From: Longimicrobiales bacterium
GTDB taxonomy: Bacteria; Gemmatimonadota; Gemmatimonadetes; Longimicrobiales; Gaopeijiaceae
Direction of reading: 5' to 3'
Length of the DNA: 64,000 nt
Assembly: GCA_965116905.1 (NCBI GenBank)
Contig: OZ220732.1
Span: forward strand, 3,968,001-4,032,000
Part shown: positions 50,274-60,800 of the stretch, in pieces
How positions within the stretch are numbered: the first letter of the stretch is position 1
How the letters are laid out: the number at the start of each line of letters is the position of its first letter
Program-made: the position numbers and the translations under genes
Notes under the pieces: generated by a model
The model's database searches: none
What the model saw: only the letters and a program-made list of their open reading frames with translations
What the model was told of the DNA's origin: nothing

Positions 50274-50324
50274 CCAACTCCTATGTTATTAGTAGATGTT
50301 GGGACGATTTGTTCCCCATGTCAA
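50274..50324 (-). promoter_or_regulatory. Putative promoter plus BlaI-type operator
   Basis: Minus strand TTGACA-N17-CAACAT, overlapped by the AT-rich imperfect palindrome CCAAC-AT-CTAC-TAATAAC-ATAG-GA-GTTGG (50274-50302). Confidence 0.6.
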
Positions 50325-50342
50325 TTCAGGGGCGCTCGCGCT

Positions 50343-52745
50343 TCAGTTCGCGGGCCGCGTGATCTCGTACTCCTTCGGCGGCTCCGCACCCAGCAGGTGC
50401 TCCACGAAGTAGTCCCAACGCCGGCGGATGAAGTACGGCTCGTTCAATCCGTGGGCCCGGTCGGGCGCCCAGATCAGATCGTAGTCCTTGTTGGCCTTGG
50501 TCAGTTCGTCGATCAGCTGGACCGTCATCGAGGGGTGCACGTTGTCGTCCATGTCGCCGTGCATGAGCAGCAGCTTGCCCTTCAGGTTCGCGGCGTGGGT
50601 CTTGTTGGCCTCGTCGGTGAAGTTGGTGGTGCCGCTGGCGGAGTCGGCCACGAGGAGCCCCTGGTACTTCTCGGCCCAGTAGATGTTGTAGCTGGCGTTG
50701 TCGTGGTTCCCCGCCCCGGACACCGCGACCTTGAAGAAGTCGGGGAACCGCACCATGGCGTCCGTCGACGCGAATCCGCCCCCGGAGTGGCCGTAGATCC
50801 CCACGCGGTCGAGGTCCATGAAGGGGTACCGCGCGGCCAGCTGCTTGATCGCGGTGACGTGGTCGGGCAGGCCGTTGTCGTTGAAGTCCCCGTAGTAGAT
50901 GTCGTGGAACGCCTTCGAGCGGTGGGGCGTGCCCATGTGATCGAGCTGGATGACCACGAAGCCGAGCTTGGCCAGCGAGAAGTCCTCACCGCCGGACTTG
51001 AAGGTCCACGAGCCCACGCTGCCCACCTGCGGACCGGGGTAGATGTGGTCGATGACGGGGTACAGCGCCGACTCGTCGAGGTCGTCCGGGAAGTAGATGA
51101 GGCCGTAGATGTCGGTGACGCCGTCCCGCGCCTTCACCGAGAAGACCTCCGGGGCGCGCCAGCCCACTTCCTCCAGCCTGGAGATGTCGGCGGTCTCCAG
51201 GGTGCGGATCACGTCGCCGGTCGCCAGCCGCCTTAGCACTGAGACCGGCGGATCGCCGATGGTGGAATACGTGTCGACGAAGAAGCGGCCGGACGGCGAC
51301 ACGGAGATGGCGTGGTTGCCCACCTCGCCCGCGATGGTGGTGAGGCCGCTGCCGTCGTAGCCGACGCGGTAGAGGCGCCCGTAGTAGGGGACTCCCTGCT
51401 CGCGTCCGTAGGCCGTGAAGTAGATGCGCCGGTTCGCCTCGTCGACGTGCCAGATTGCGCCCACGGCCCACGGGCCCGAGGTCACCTGGTTCTTGACCGT
51501 CCCGTCCTTCGAGAAACGCCAGATGTGCGCCCAGCCGTCGCGCTCCGACCACCAGAAGGCGTCGTCCGTGCTCTCGGACACGAACCAGGATGTCGGGTTG
51601 CGTTGTGCGGTCTCCACCCATGTGCGCGCGCTGTCCCCGGCAACGAGCCTGAAATCGCCCGTGGAAGCGTCGACCTCCGCGAGGTGATTGCTCTTCGACG
51701 CACGCGTCTCCCAGTGCATGTAGGCGAAGCGCGAGTCCGCGGACCACAGCGAATCGACCTGCGAGCCGCCCAGGTAGAGGCGGTTGGGACGCGGTTCGAG
51801 TTCGACGCGGATGTTGCCGACTTCGGGGAGCGCGCTCCCGGGGCCACCGGATCCCGCGCCCGTGTCACCGTCGGATCCGCCCGCGTCACCGTCGGATCCG
51901 CCCGCCGCGACCGCGCCCAGCGTCTCGCCGACATCGAGGATGTGGAAGGCCGGAAGCGGCACGATCGAGTCGCCCGGCAGTGCGTACGGCTGCGAATAGT
52001 GCACCGTGCGCTGGGGCGTGTAGGAGACGTAGTGGTGATGCTCGACGCCCCGCTGGTCCATCCGCTGCACGAGCAGCTTGCGGGAGTCGGGAGACCAGTA
52101 GACGTCCGGCCGACGCACCCGCTCGTTGCGGATGTCGTTCGGGCGCGGGTAGGCGAGGCCGTAGCCGTTGAACTCCACGCCGTCGGTGGTCAGCTGGATG
52201 GTGTCGCCTCCGCCGACGGGGCGCACGAAGAGGTTGTGATCGGTGACGAAGGCTTCCCAGCGCTCGTCGGGGGACTCGACGAAGGGCGTGTCGTCGGGCA
52301 GCGTATCCCCGACCTGGCACATGTACTCGCCGAGGTCGCACTCGAAGCGCTTCGCCCTGGCCGCGAATTCGATACGGGTCTCGTCGCCGTCCACGAACTC
52401 GAAGTCCTCGAAGGGCAACTTTTCGGGCACGTAGCTGGTGTCGGCGGCCAGGGAGAGCGCCGCCGCGAGGCGGTAGTGGTCGAAGAGCGGCCGCTTCACG
52501 TTCGCCGCCGGATCGACGAAGGTGAATTCGTGTCCGGCGCCGGTGTTGTTGCGGTACCAGAAGCGGTCCGTGTCGTGGATCCAGTTGGGCGTGACGGGAC
52601 CGCCGGCGATCAGGGGCGACGTATGCCAGTTGAGCAGCAGTTCGGCGCGGTGGTAGTCGACGTCCTGGCCGGCGGCGGGGGCCGGCAAGGCAGCGGCGAT
52701 GACGGTGCAGAGGGCGAACGGGAAAGCGGATGGGATCGGGCGCAT
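50343..52745 (-). CDS. S9B dipeptidyl peptidase IV-like exported serine peptidase
   Basis: Signal peptide, DPPIV beta-propeller, IYPGPQ, GIYGHSGGG (Ser), HGDMDDNVH (Asp) and DRAHG (His). Confidence 0.92.
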   Translation of the reverse strand: MRPIPSAFPFALCTVIAAALPAPAAGQDVDYHRAELLLNWHTSPLIAGGPVTPNWIHDTDRFWYRNNTGAGHEFTFVDPAANVKRPLFDHYRLAAALSLAADTSYVPEKLPFEDFEFVDGDETRIEFAARAKRFECDLGEYMCQVGDTLPDDTPFVESPDERWEAFVTDHNLFVRPVGGGDTIQLTTDGVEFNGYGLAYPRPNDIRNERVRRPDVYWSPDSRKLLVQRMDQRGVEHHHYVSYTPQRTVHYSQPYALPGDSIVPLPAFHILDVGETLGAVAAGGSDGDAGGSDGDTGAGSGGPGSALPEVGNIRVELEPRPNRLYLGGSQVDSLWSADSRFAYMHWETRASKSNHLAEVDASTGDFRLVAGDSARTWVETAQRNPTSWFVSESTDDAFWWSERDGWAHIWRFSKDGTVKNQVTSGPWAVGAIWHVDEANRRIYFTAYGREQGVPYYGRLYRVGYDGSGLTTIAGEVGNHAISVSPSGRFFVDTYSTIGDPPVSVLRRLATGDVIRTLETADISRLEEVGWRAPEVFSVKARDGVTDIYGLIYFPDDLDESALYPVIDHIYPGPQVGSVGSWTFKSGGEDFSLAKLGFVVIQLDHMGTPHRSKAFHDIYYGDFNDNGLPDHVTAIKQLAARYPFMDLDRVGIYGHSGGGFASTDAMVRFPDFFKVAVSGAGNHDNASYNIYWAEKYQGLLVADSASGTTNFTDEANKTHAANLKGKLLLMHGDMDDNVHPSMTVQLIDELTKANKDYDLIWAPDRAHGLNEPYFIRRRWDYFVEHLLGAEPPKEYEITRPAN

Positions 52746-52882
52746 GCTTCTCACTCCGAGTTTCGTTGGGGACGACACGGTTTCATCTTGCGGGCGGGCC
52801 GCGACACAGGCAAATCGGATGTTCCCCTGTTGGCCCGGGGGCTCCCGATCGCGGGCTGCCAGAACTTCAGCCGGAGACCACC

Positions 52883-55369
52883 ATGCGCCGAACGCCGTTC
52901 ATCCTCTGCGTGGCCGCAGCCGCTTCCTGCGCCGGACTCCACGCGCAGGACCGCGCCTCGGTCCTTCGCTACGCGAGCCTGCTGGGCAACATACGCGGCG
53001 AACTCCACATGCTGCCGCCCGTGAGCACGGGGCCGATGAGCCCTTCGTGGTCGCCCGACGGCACCTGGATCGCCTTCGCGATGGCGGGTGACATCTGGCG
53101 CATCCCCGCCCAGGGCGGCACGGCGGAGCAGCTGACGCGGGGACCCTGGTACCACTTCGAGCCGAGCTGGAGCCCGGACGGGTCGCGCATTGCGATGACG
53201 GTGGAGACAGGAAGGGGTCTCGACATCGCGCTCCTGGATGTGGACGGGGGCGACGTCACCCTGCTGGTGGAGGGCGGCGGCGTGGACGTGCAGCCGGCGT
53301 GGAGCCCGGACGGTCGGTACGTGTACTTCGCCACGGCGGGACGGGGCATGGACGTGCACCGGATCGAGGTGGCGACGGGCGAGCGCGAGGCGGTGGCGGA
53401 CGGACCGGGCAGCCAGTATCAGCCGAGGGTGTCGCCGCAGGGCGTGCTGGCCTACATGGCTCCGGCGCCCGAGGTGACCGGGAGCGGGGGGATCTGGACG
53501 AGGGCGCCGGCGGATGGCGCGGCGCCGGCTGCGGCGGTGGGCCAGCCCACCCTTGTGCGGGCCGAAGAGACCGCGTACCGGGCACGGCCCGACTGGCTTC
53601 CCGACGGGAGCGCGATGGTCTACGTCTCGGACGACGCCGGCTCGAACGACCTTGTGCTGATCTCTGCGGACGGGGGGAACCCGCTGCGTCTGACGGGCGG
53701 GACCAGTCACGAACTCACACCGCGGGTCAGTCCGAGCGGCGAGGAGATCGCCTTCGTGTCGAACGAGCGGGGGCCCACCGAGCTGCACGTCATGAGTGTC
53801 GCGGGCGGGGCGCGCGAAGCCTGGCGCACGCTCGACCTGAGCGATCGCAGTCACCTGGCGCCGACCGGCCGGGTGTACGGACGGGTCGTGGGCACGAGCG
53901 GGCCGCACACCCCTGCACGCGTCTCGGTCACGGCCTCCGACGGTCGCGGCTACGCTCCCCGGGACGGCTTTCACAGGGTCCTCACCCCCACCGAGACCCA
54001 CTACTTCCGCACGGCCGGCACCTTCGAGGTGGAGGTGCCGGCGGGACCCGTGACCATCGAGGCCCGCAAGGGACTGGAGTTCCGCCCGGTCGCGCAGACG
54101 GTCGAGGTGCCGGCGGGTGGCCGCGTCGAGGCCGTGTTGCAGCTGGAACCGCTCGTCGACGCCCGGGAGGCGGACTGGTACTCCGGAGACACGCACGTCC
54201 ACGACCTGCACCAGGGACGCCAGGGCCTCACCCACGCCGACTTCTTCAACGACCTGGTCAGTGAGGACCTCAACGTCTCGTTCGCCCTGATCCACATGGA
54301 CGGCACGCGGCTCATGGGCCGGTGGGACGACCTTACGGGGCAGCCTCACCCCCTCTCCACCGGCGAGCATATCCTGCAGTACGCGCAGGAGTTCCGCGGT
54401 TCGTTCGGCCACGTCGGCCTGGCTGGGGTCAGGGAGTTCATCATGCCCCTGGTGGGCGGTGCGGGAAACACGCCGTTCGCCGCGGACGTGCTCAACGCCG
54501 ATTACCTCCTGGCCGCTCGGGAACAGGGCGCCACGGGCGGCTTCATGCACCCCTTCAGCGGGCTGGTGGCCATGCCCGACTATGTCGGCGTCTCGGAGAT
54601 CCCCGTGGATGTCGCGCTGGGCGCGGGCGACTTCTACGACGTGATCTGCTTCTGGTACGACGAGCTGAACAACGCCGAGGTGTACTACCGGCTGCTGAAC
54701 GCGGGCTTCCGTCTCGCCGCGACCGGGGGCACGGACAACTTCTCGGACGTGTGGCGCGATCCGGGGCCTGGAGCGAGCCGCACCTACGCCCGCGTCGAGG
54801 GCGAGCTCTCGGTGGACTCCTGGCTGGAGGCGGTCCGGGAGCGGCACACCTTCGCGACGAACGGCCCGCTGCTATTCCTGACGGTCGACGGCGTGGAGCC
54901 CGGTGGCGAGATCCGCGTACCGGGAGGGGGTGGGGGGGAACGCACCCACGTGGTCGAGATCGACGTGGCCAGCAACAGCCCCCTGGACCGGGTCGAGATC
55001 GTGGTCAACGGCGCTGTCGAGGCGACCCACGAAGCGGCCGGGATGGGCGAGCGCTTCCGGGTCGAGAGCCGCATTTCCCTGGACGGCAGCGGCTGGATCG
55101 CGGCGCGGGCGCTGGGGCCGCCGTCACCGCTCGTCGCCGACAGCTACGCCTTCGCGCAGACGAGCCCCGTGTGGGTGGTCGCGGGGGACAGCGAATACCG
55201 GTCCGCCGACGACATCCGTTTCCTGCTGGAGGCCGTGCAGGCGTTCCGCGACCGGGTGGTGACGCGCGACCGCTGGGTGACCGCGGCGGATCGCGAACGA
55301 TTCCTGGCGCGGGTCGACGAGGCCGCGGCGGTGTACGAGGGGCTGTTGCGGGACCTGGAGGCACGCTGA
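52883..55369 (+). CDS. Exported PHP-like (CehA/McbA-type) metallohydrolase with an N-terminal TolB-like propeller
   Basis: Repeated PSWSPDG (PD40) motifs, then WYSGDTHVH, FGHV, GFMHP, TGGTDNF and TFATNGP. Confidence 0.8.
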   Translation: MRRTPFILCVAAAASCAGLHAQDRASVLRYASLLGNIRGELHMLPPVSTGPMSPSWSPDGTWIAFAMAGDIWRIPAQGGTAEQLTRGPWYHFEPSWSPDGSRIAMTVETGRGLDIALLDVDGGDVTLLVEGGGVDVQPAWSPDGRYVYFATAGRGMDVHRIEVATGEREAVADGPGSQYQPRVSPQGVLAYMAPAPEVTGSGGIWTRAPADGAAPAAAVGQPTLVRAEETAYRARPDWLPDGSAMVYVSDDAGSNDLVLISADGGNPLRLTGGTSHELTPRVSPSGEEIAFVSNERGPTELHVMSVAGGAREAWRTLDLSDRSHLAPTGRVYGRVVGTSGPHTPARVSVTASDGRGYAPRDGFHRVLTPTETHYFRTAGTFEVEVPAGPVTIEARKGLEFRPVAQTVEVPAGGRVEAVLQLEPLVDAREADWYSGDTHVHDLHQGRQGLTHADFFNDLVSEDLNVSFALIHMDGTRLMGRWDDLTGQPHPLSTGEHILQYAQEFRGSFGHVGLAGVREFIMPLVGGAGNTPFAADVLNADYLLAAREQGATGGFMHPFSGLVAMPDYVGVSEIPVDVALGAGDFYDVICFWYDELNNAEVYYRLLNAGFRLAATGGTDNFSDVWRDPGPGASRTYARVEGELSVDSWLEAVRERHTFATNGPLLFLTVDGVEPGGEIRVPGGGGGERTHVVEIDVASNSPLDRVEIVVNGAVEATHEAAGMGERFRVESRISLDGSGWIAARALGPPSPLVADSYAFAQTSPVWVVAGDSEYRSADDIRFLLEAVQAFRDRVVTRDRWVTAADRERFLARVDEAAAVYEGLLRDLEAR

Positions 55370-55427
55370 GTCCGGGCAGGGTGAGTCCGCACAGGTGAGT
55401 ATATGAGTATATGAGTATATGAGTATG
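55367..55427. repeat. TGAGT-anchored tandem repeats including (TGAGTATA)x3.9
   Basis: TGAGTCCGGGCAGGG, TGAGTCCGCACAGG, then TGAGTATA at 55396, 55404 and 55412 and TGAGTATG at 55420. Confidence 0.9.
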
Positions 55428-55445
55428 CCTCGGCGCCCGGGGCCC

Positions 55446-57737
55446 CTACCTGTCGGCCAGCGGCACCTTCGACAACAACGACTTGTCCGGCAGCACCGAC
55501 GCGCTCCGCCGGTGACTGATCATCACGAGCGGACAGCTGGTCGCACGCGCAATCCTGAGCATCAGGCTGCTGAACACGGCGCGTCTGCGGCCCCGCCGGT
55601 GGAATCCCAGGATGAGGAGGTCGGTCTCCGCCGCGCGGCTCGCCACCTGGGCGACCACATCGTCGCCGACCACCACTTCGGCGTGCGCCGACTCTCCCAC
55701 CTCGTCCCACGCGAGCCGCTCGAGATCGCGCATAGCCCGCTTGCGCACGCCGGCGCCGACGTTGGCCGACACGACCCCCATGTACGCGACGTCCCGGCGC
55801 CCAGTCCGCAACAGACTGCCCAGCAGGCGTGCGCGCACCGGACTCTGATCACGGCCGCCCCGGGATGGCGCGAGGATCCGATGCGCCTGTTCCGGCTTCC
55901 AGTCCTGCGGAGCCCGCATGATCACCACGTCCGCATCGACGGCACCGATGAGGCGCGCCAGCGGACCCGTCATGAGGGAATCGTCGAGGTGCCCGACTCC
56001 GAGCAGGAGACTCTCGCAACGGGTCGCTTCGGCGACGCGGGCGATCTCGCTCCAGGGATCCTTGTGCAGCGTGATGAGCGCCTCGGGCCGCAACTTTACA
56101 TCGATCGCCGTCCGGAGGGCCCCTCCCAGCACCGCCTGCGCATCGCGGATTCCCCTGCGCAGCCCGTCGCCCGACGCGTCCTCGAGCGAGCCGACGACGG
56201 AGAGCAGCTGGACGCGCGACACGTCCGGCGGAGCGAGCGCCTTCGCCATCGTCACGAGCATTTCGGCACTGGCGGGGTTGGCGATCGGTGCGAGCACCAC
56301 CGGACGGCGCCCGCGCAGCCTCATCATCTGGGGATCGCGTCCCTCCGATGAAGCGTCCACGACGCGTGCCCGCGGTGCCAGGTGCAGGGCATAGAAGATG
56401 GCGCCGGCGCTGAGCCAGAGCGCCGCGAGCACGCCCGCCTGCGGTACCGCAACGGCCTGGTACAGGGCGATCGCCATGCACGCAGCCCCGCCAACGGCCG
56501 GAATGGAAGGAAACCACGGCGTCCGGAACGCAAACGGCCGCCCGGCGCGCTTGCGGGCCAGGTATCCGATCAGGTGCGTCAGCGAAAAACAGGTCAGGAA
56601 GATCAGGCTCGCGACGGCACCGGCCACCGCCACGTTGGGCACGGCGATCAGGAGAAAGGCGACCACCGCGGCGGACAGCCAGATCGCAGCCGTGGGAGTC
56701 CCGGTGCCGGGTGCGAGCCGCGCGTAGCGCTGCGGCAGCGTCCGGTCCGATCCCATCGTGCGGGCAAACCGCGAAGCCGCCAGCAGGTTCGCCTGCAGCG
56801 CCGAGAGCATGGACAGGATACCCGCCGCCACGACCAGCCAGTAGCCCGCCGAGCCCATGAAGTTGCGGGCCGCCACGGCCACGATGATCTCCGGATTCTC
56901 CGCGGCCACCGCGGCCACGGGCCGGCCCGGCGAACCGACCGCCACGATGAGGAAGAGAAGCGGGAGGTAGATGACGAGCGCCGTCCCCAGCGACAGGAAC
57001 ATCGCGCGGGGCACGTTGCGCCTGGGCCGCTTCACCTCCCCGCCCACCGCCGCGATCAGGTCGAAGCCCTGCAGAGCGATGAAGGTGTAGCCCATGGCCT
57101 GGGCCAGCCCACCGAAGCCTTCCAGGAAGAACGGGCGAAAGCGCGCGGCCAGCTCGCCGGGCGCAGGCGCCTCGGTGGCGAGCGCGAGGAAACCCGCCAG
57201 GACGATCACGGCGAAGACGATGACCTTCCCGACCGTCTCCCATTGGCCGCCACCCGCGGCCGACCGCGTCAGGCGCCAGACGTAGAAGCCGACGGCGGCC
57301 AGCGCGTAGAAAACCAGCGCTCCCCGGCCCCCGAGCCACGGTGGCGCCTCGCCGTTGACCAGGATCAGGAACTGCTCCAGAAGCGGAACGAAAAAGACCG
57401 CGAACCCCATCGCGTACAGCACCGCCGCGACCACCGAGGCGAACCAGACGATCCACCCCACCGCGAACGCCGCTTCGACGGTCAGTACCTTGCGCGCATA
57501 CGTGTACGTGCCGCCCGACTGGGGGAACCGCGCGGCCAGCTCCGCAAAGGAGAACACCGTGATGAAGGCGATCACCCCGTTCAGCGCAAAGGCCACGATC
57601 GCACTGGGACCGGTGGTCTGGAACGCGACGCCCGCCAGGGCCAGGATGCCGCCGCCTACGATCGCGCCGACGCCGATGCCCGTCGCGCCGAGAAGGCCGA
57701 GGTGGCGGTGGGAGTGGGGGTGGGGGGACCCGGTCAT
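55446..57737 (-). CDS. APC-family amino acid permease with C-terminal USP-like domains
   Basis: GAIVGGGI, FAELAARFPQSGGTY, FIALQGFDLI and EVKRPRRNVP motifs, about 12 TM helices; C-terminal VLAPIANP...DLLILG...CPLVMI USP-like pair. Confidence 0.88.
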   Translation of the reverse strand: MTGSPHPHSHRHLGLLGATGIGVGAIVGGGILALAGVAFQTTGPSAIVAFALNGVIAFITVFSFAELAARFPQSGGTYTYARKVLTVEAAFAVGWIVWFASVVAAVLYAMGFAVFFVPLLEQFLILVNGEAPPWLGGRGALVFYALAAVGFYVWRLTRSAAGGGQWETVGKVIVFAVIVLAGFLALATEAPAPGELAARFRPFFLEGFGGLAQAMGYTFIALQGFDLIAAVGGEVKRPRRNVPRAMFLSLGTALVIYLPLLFLIVAVGSPGRPVAAVAAENPEIIVAVAARNFMGSAGYWLVVAAGILSMLSALQANLLAASRFARTMGSDRTLPQRYARLAPGTGTPTAAIWLSAAVVAFLLIAVPNVAVAGAVASLIFLTCFSLTHLIGYLARKRAGRPFAFRTPWFPSIPAVGGAACMAIALYQAVAVPQAGVLAALWLSAGAIFYALHLAPRARVVDASSEGRDPQMMRLRGRRPVVLAPIANPASAEMLVTMAKALAPPDVSRVQLLSVVGSLEDASGDGLRRGIRDAQAVLGGALRTAIDVKLRPEALITLHKDPWSEIARVAEATRCESLLLGVGHLDDSLMTGPLARLIGAVDADVVIMRAPQDWKPEQAHRILAPSRGGRDQSPVRARLLGSLLRTGRRDVAYMGVVSANVGAGVRKRAMRDLERLAWDEVGESAHAEVVVGDDVVAQVASRAAETDLLILGFHRRGRRRAVFSSLMLRIARATSCPLVMISHRRSASVLPDKSLLSKVPLADR

Positions 57738-57806
57738 TGGGATATGATACCGCCTGCGCGCTTCCGCGGAAAAGCGGGCTTGCGCAGAACACCGCCCGCC
57801 AGCCGG

Positions 57807-60800
57807 CTATTCCCGCATCGAGTACGGCCTCGGCGCCGGGCTCGGGTTGGGCCACACGCGCGCGGCATCCGTCCCGCCGAACAGCACGCCGCCCTTCATC
57901 ACATACCGAATCTCGGCGACGTTGCGAATGTCCTGCAACGGGTTGCCGTCGAGGACGACCAGGTCCGCCAGCTTGCCGACCTCCACCGACCCGATCTGAG
58001 CATCCAGGCCGTGGTGTTCCGCCCCGCGGATGGTGGCGATCTCGAGGATCTGCGAGGGCGGGAAGTCGCCGCCGGCGAAAAGCTCCAGCTCCCAGTGCGT
58101 GCCCAGCCCCATCATCTGGCCGTGCGCGCCCAGCTGCAGCGAGGTGCCCGCGTTGTACAGCTTGCGCAGCTCGCGGGCCATCTCCCACGCGTACATGTCG
58201 TCGGGCCAGAGGTGCGTGCTACGGCGCACGCGCATGAGGGACATGGGATCGATGAAGTTGGTCAGCTTCGGATCCTCCCACAGCTTGCCGGCCTGGTGGA
58301 ACCAGCCTTCGCCCATGGGACCGTTGTACACGACGGACAGCGTCGGGGTCATACCCGCGTCGGTGCCCGCCCAGAACCGGACCACGTCGTCGTGGAAGGG
58401 AGCCAGGCCCATCGAGTGCTCCAGGCCCGTCACCCCGTCCAGGATCTGGGTCAGGTTCATCTGCGGCTCGGCGGCGGACTCCGAAAGCACGTTCAGGCCG
58501 AGCTCGCGCGCCGCGGTCGCGACCAGGTGCCGACGCTTGCGGGTCGGCTGCGAATAGTCCTTGACCGCGATGGCGCCGTGGTCGCGGTTCCAGCGCAGCT
58601 GTTCGCGTGCATCGACGAGCGTCTCGATCGGGCGGAACATGCGGAGCCGGCCGCTCTGTCTCCTGCCGTAGATGACGGAACCGGTCGTCAGGAAGCGGGG
58701 CCCCGTCATCTTTCCGGCGCGGATCATGTCCGTCAGCCAGCCGTCCCGGTACTCGTTCCCGTAGACCTCGATCATGGTGGTCACGCCGTACGCGACCGGA
58801 CCGCGCAGATACGCGGGCGCCTGTTCAATCACGTGCAGCGAGGAATGGTCGATGTGCGGATGCGCGTGCGCGTCGATCAGACCGGGGATGATCGTGCTGC
58901 CGCGCACGTCGAAGACGCGGGCGCCCTGGGGGACCTCGACGTCCGGGCCGACCTCCGCGATCCGCCCGCCGTCGACCACGACCGTGGCGCTGTCCATGAC
59001 CGTGCGGGCCACATCCATGGTGATCACGCGCGCGTTCGTCAGTGCCACCACGCCCGACAGCCGGTCGACCTCGTACTCGATGGCCAGCTCCGTGCGGCGG
59101 GCGGTGGACCCCGGTATCCGCTCGCCCGCCCACTCGGCCGCACCCGCGCCGGCCACGCCGCCGCCGGCCACGCCGCCCGCGACGCCCCAGTCGCTCCCCT
59201 CCCCCGCCACAATCTCTTCCACGGTCTTCTCGTAGAAGCCGGTGCCGCGCGTCCATCCCAGCGTCTCGCCATCCCCTGACCAGACCATGTAGCCACCGTC
59301 CTCCGGGTCCACGCGGTACGCGCGTCCCATCCCGTCGTACGGCGACACGGTCACCGGTTCCGCCCCGGCTCGAAGGGCACGATGAAGCTGCGGTGGTATT
59401 CCCGGACCGCCATCCACTCCAGGTCGGGCGAGGGCACCGCGTCCACCGCGTGCGGGAACACGTAAAGCGTCCGCTGGCCGGCCCCGTCGGTGCCGATCCG
59501 CTTGAGGACCAGCACCCCGTCCTCGAACTCGGTGAAGTACACCACGTCTCCACCCGGTCCGAACACCACCGCCGGCGGGATCTTGCCCGCGATGTTGGCG
59601 TACTCGAGCGGCTGCCCCTCCACCCCGGTGAGACGCCGTTCACCGTCCGGGCCACGCACGACCAGCTCGAACTGCGACTGGTTGGACAGCCAGCGCCCCT
59701 GGTGCAGCCCTCCGGTCCCGCGAACGAACGCGAGCTCCGTGCCGTCAGGGGAAAGCGCGAGGCTCCCGTACTGGGACGCGACCGCCGTCAGTTGCGCCGC
59801 GTCGTCAGCCGATCCCGCGTCGCCCGATCCCGCGTCAGCCGATCCCGCGTCAGCCGACCCCACGTCGCCCGATTCCCCCGCCGCCGGGTCCATCCGCCGC
59901 ACCGAACCCAGCTCGTCGTCCGTCCACGACGCGAAATAGAGGGCGCCGCTGGACGGATCCACCACGGGGCTCGTCTCGTGCGCGTCGGAGCGCGTCAGGT
60001 TGCTGGCCCCCGACTCGTCGTGCAGCCAGAGGTCGCCGAGCGCCTCGGAGATGACCCCGCCTGCCACGCGCCGGCCCCAGCGATGCGTCCGCGTCCGCGC
60101 CCGCTCCTCGGGCAACCGGGTCGCGAAGCGGATCGTCTCGGACATCTCCCGCCGCACCGGGGCGCTGAACGGAATCCGCCACACCGTCCCGGTGACCACG
60201 TCCACCGAAGCAAGACCGCCCTCGTAGCCCAGAACCACGCCGCTCCCGTCTTCGTACCACGCCAGGTTCGGGTAGGGACCATAGGCCTGACGCGTGTCCT
60301 GGCGATCCCGGTCGAGGCCCGTCAGCAGGACGCGCTCCTCTCGCGTCTCGAGGTTGAGGAGCATCAGCACCGTGCCGTCCAGGCCCCTGTGCACGTAGGC
60401 CACCGCATTGCCGCTCGGCGAAAGCGTCGGCTGAAACGCGCCGCCCGGCCGCTCCACGACGATCTCGCTCGTCCCGGCCGCCTCGTCGAACCACTCGATC
60501 CGGGCACCCCCCGGCGGAATCACGTACGGATTGAAGCCGAAGGGGTATGTGGCCTCCGCGTGGTGCTCGAACAGGAAGCCCCGGCCTCCGGGCAGCGGCT
60601 GGGCCCCATTGACCGGTCCCCGCCCGGTGATCAGCGACTCCGGCCCCCCGCCGTCAACGTCGAAGGCCACCAGCTGGCTCGCGATCCCGTCACCCGAGAC
60701 ACCCGCGTAGATCCGCCCGCCGTCGCCGGACCAGGCGGGCCGGTAGATGTTGGCGTCCGGCCAGTCCGAGACCTGCCGCACCGCTCCCGACTCCCGGTCG

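Noticed and set aside
55367..55427. Possible CRISPR array
   Set aside because: Units are 8-15 bp with no unique spacers, and there are no cas genes; it is a microsatellite.
56382..59279. 965-aa plus-strand ORF
   Set aside because: Antisense shadow of the APC permease and amidohydrolase; Arg/Gly/His-rich with no motifs, as expected in high-GC DNA.
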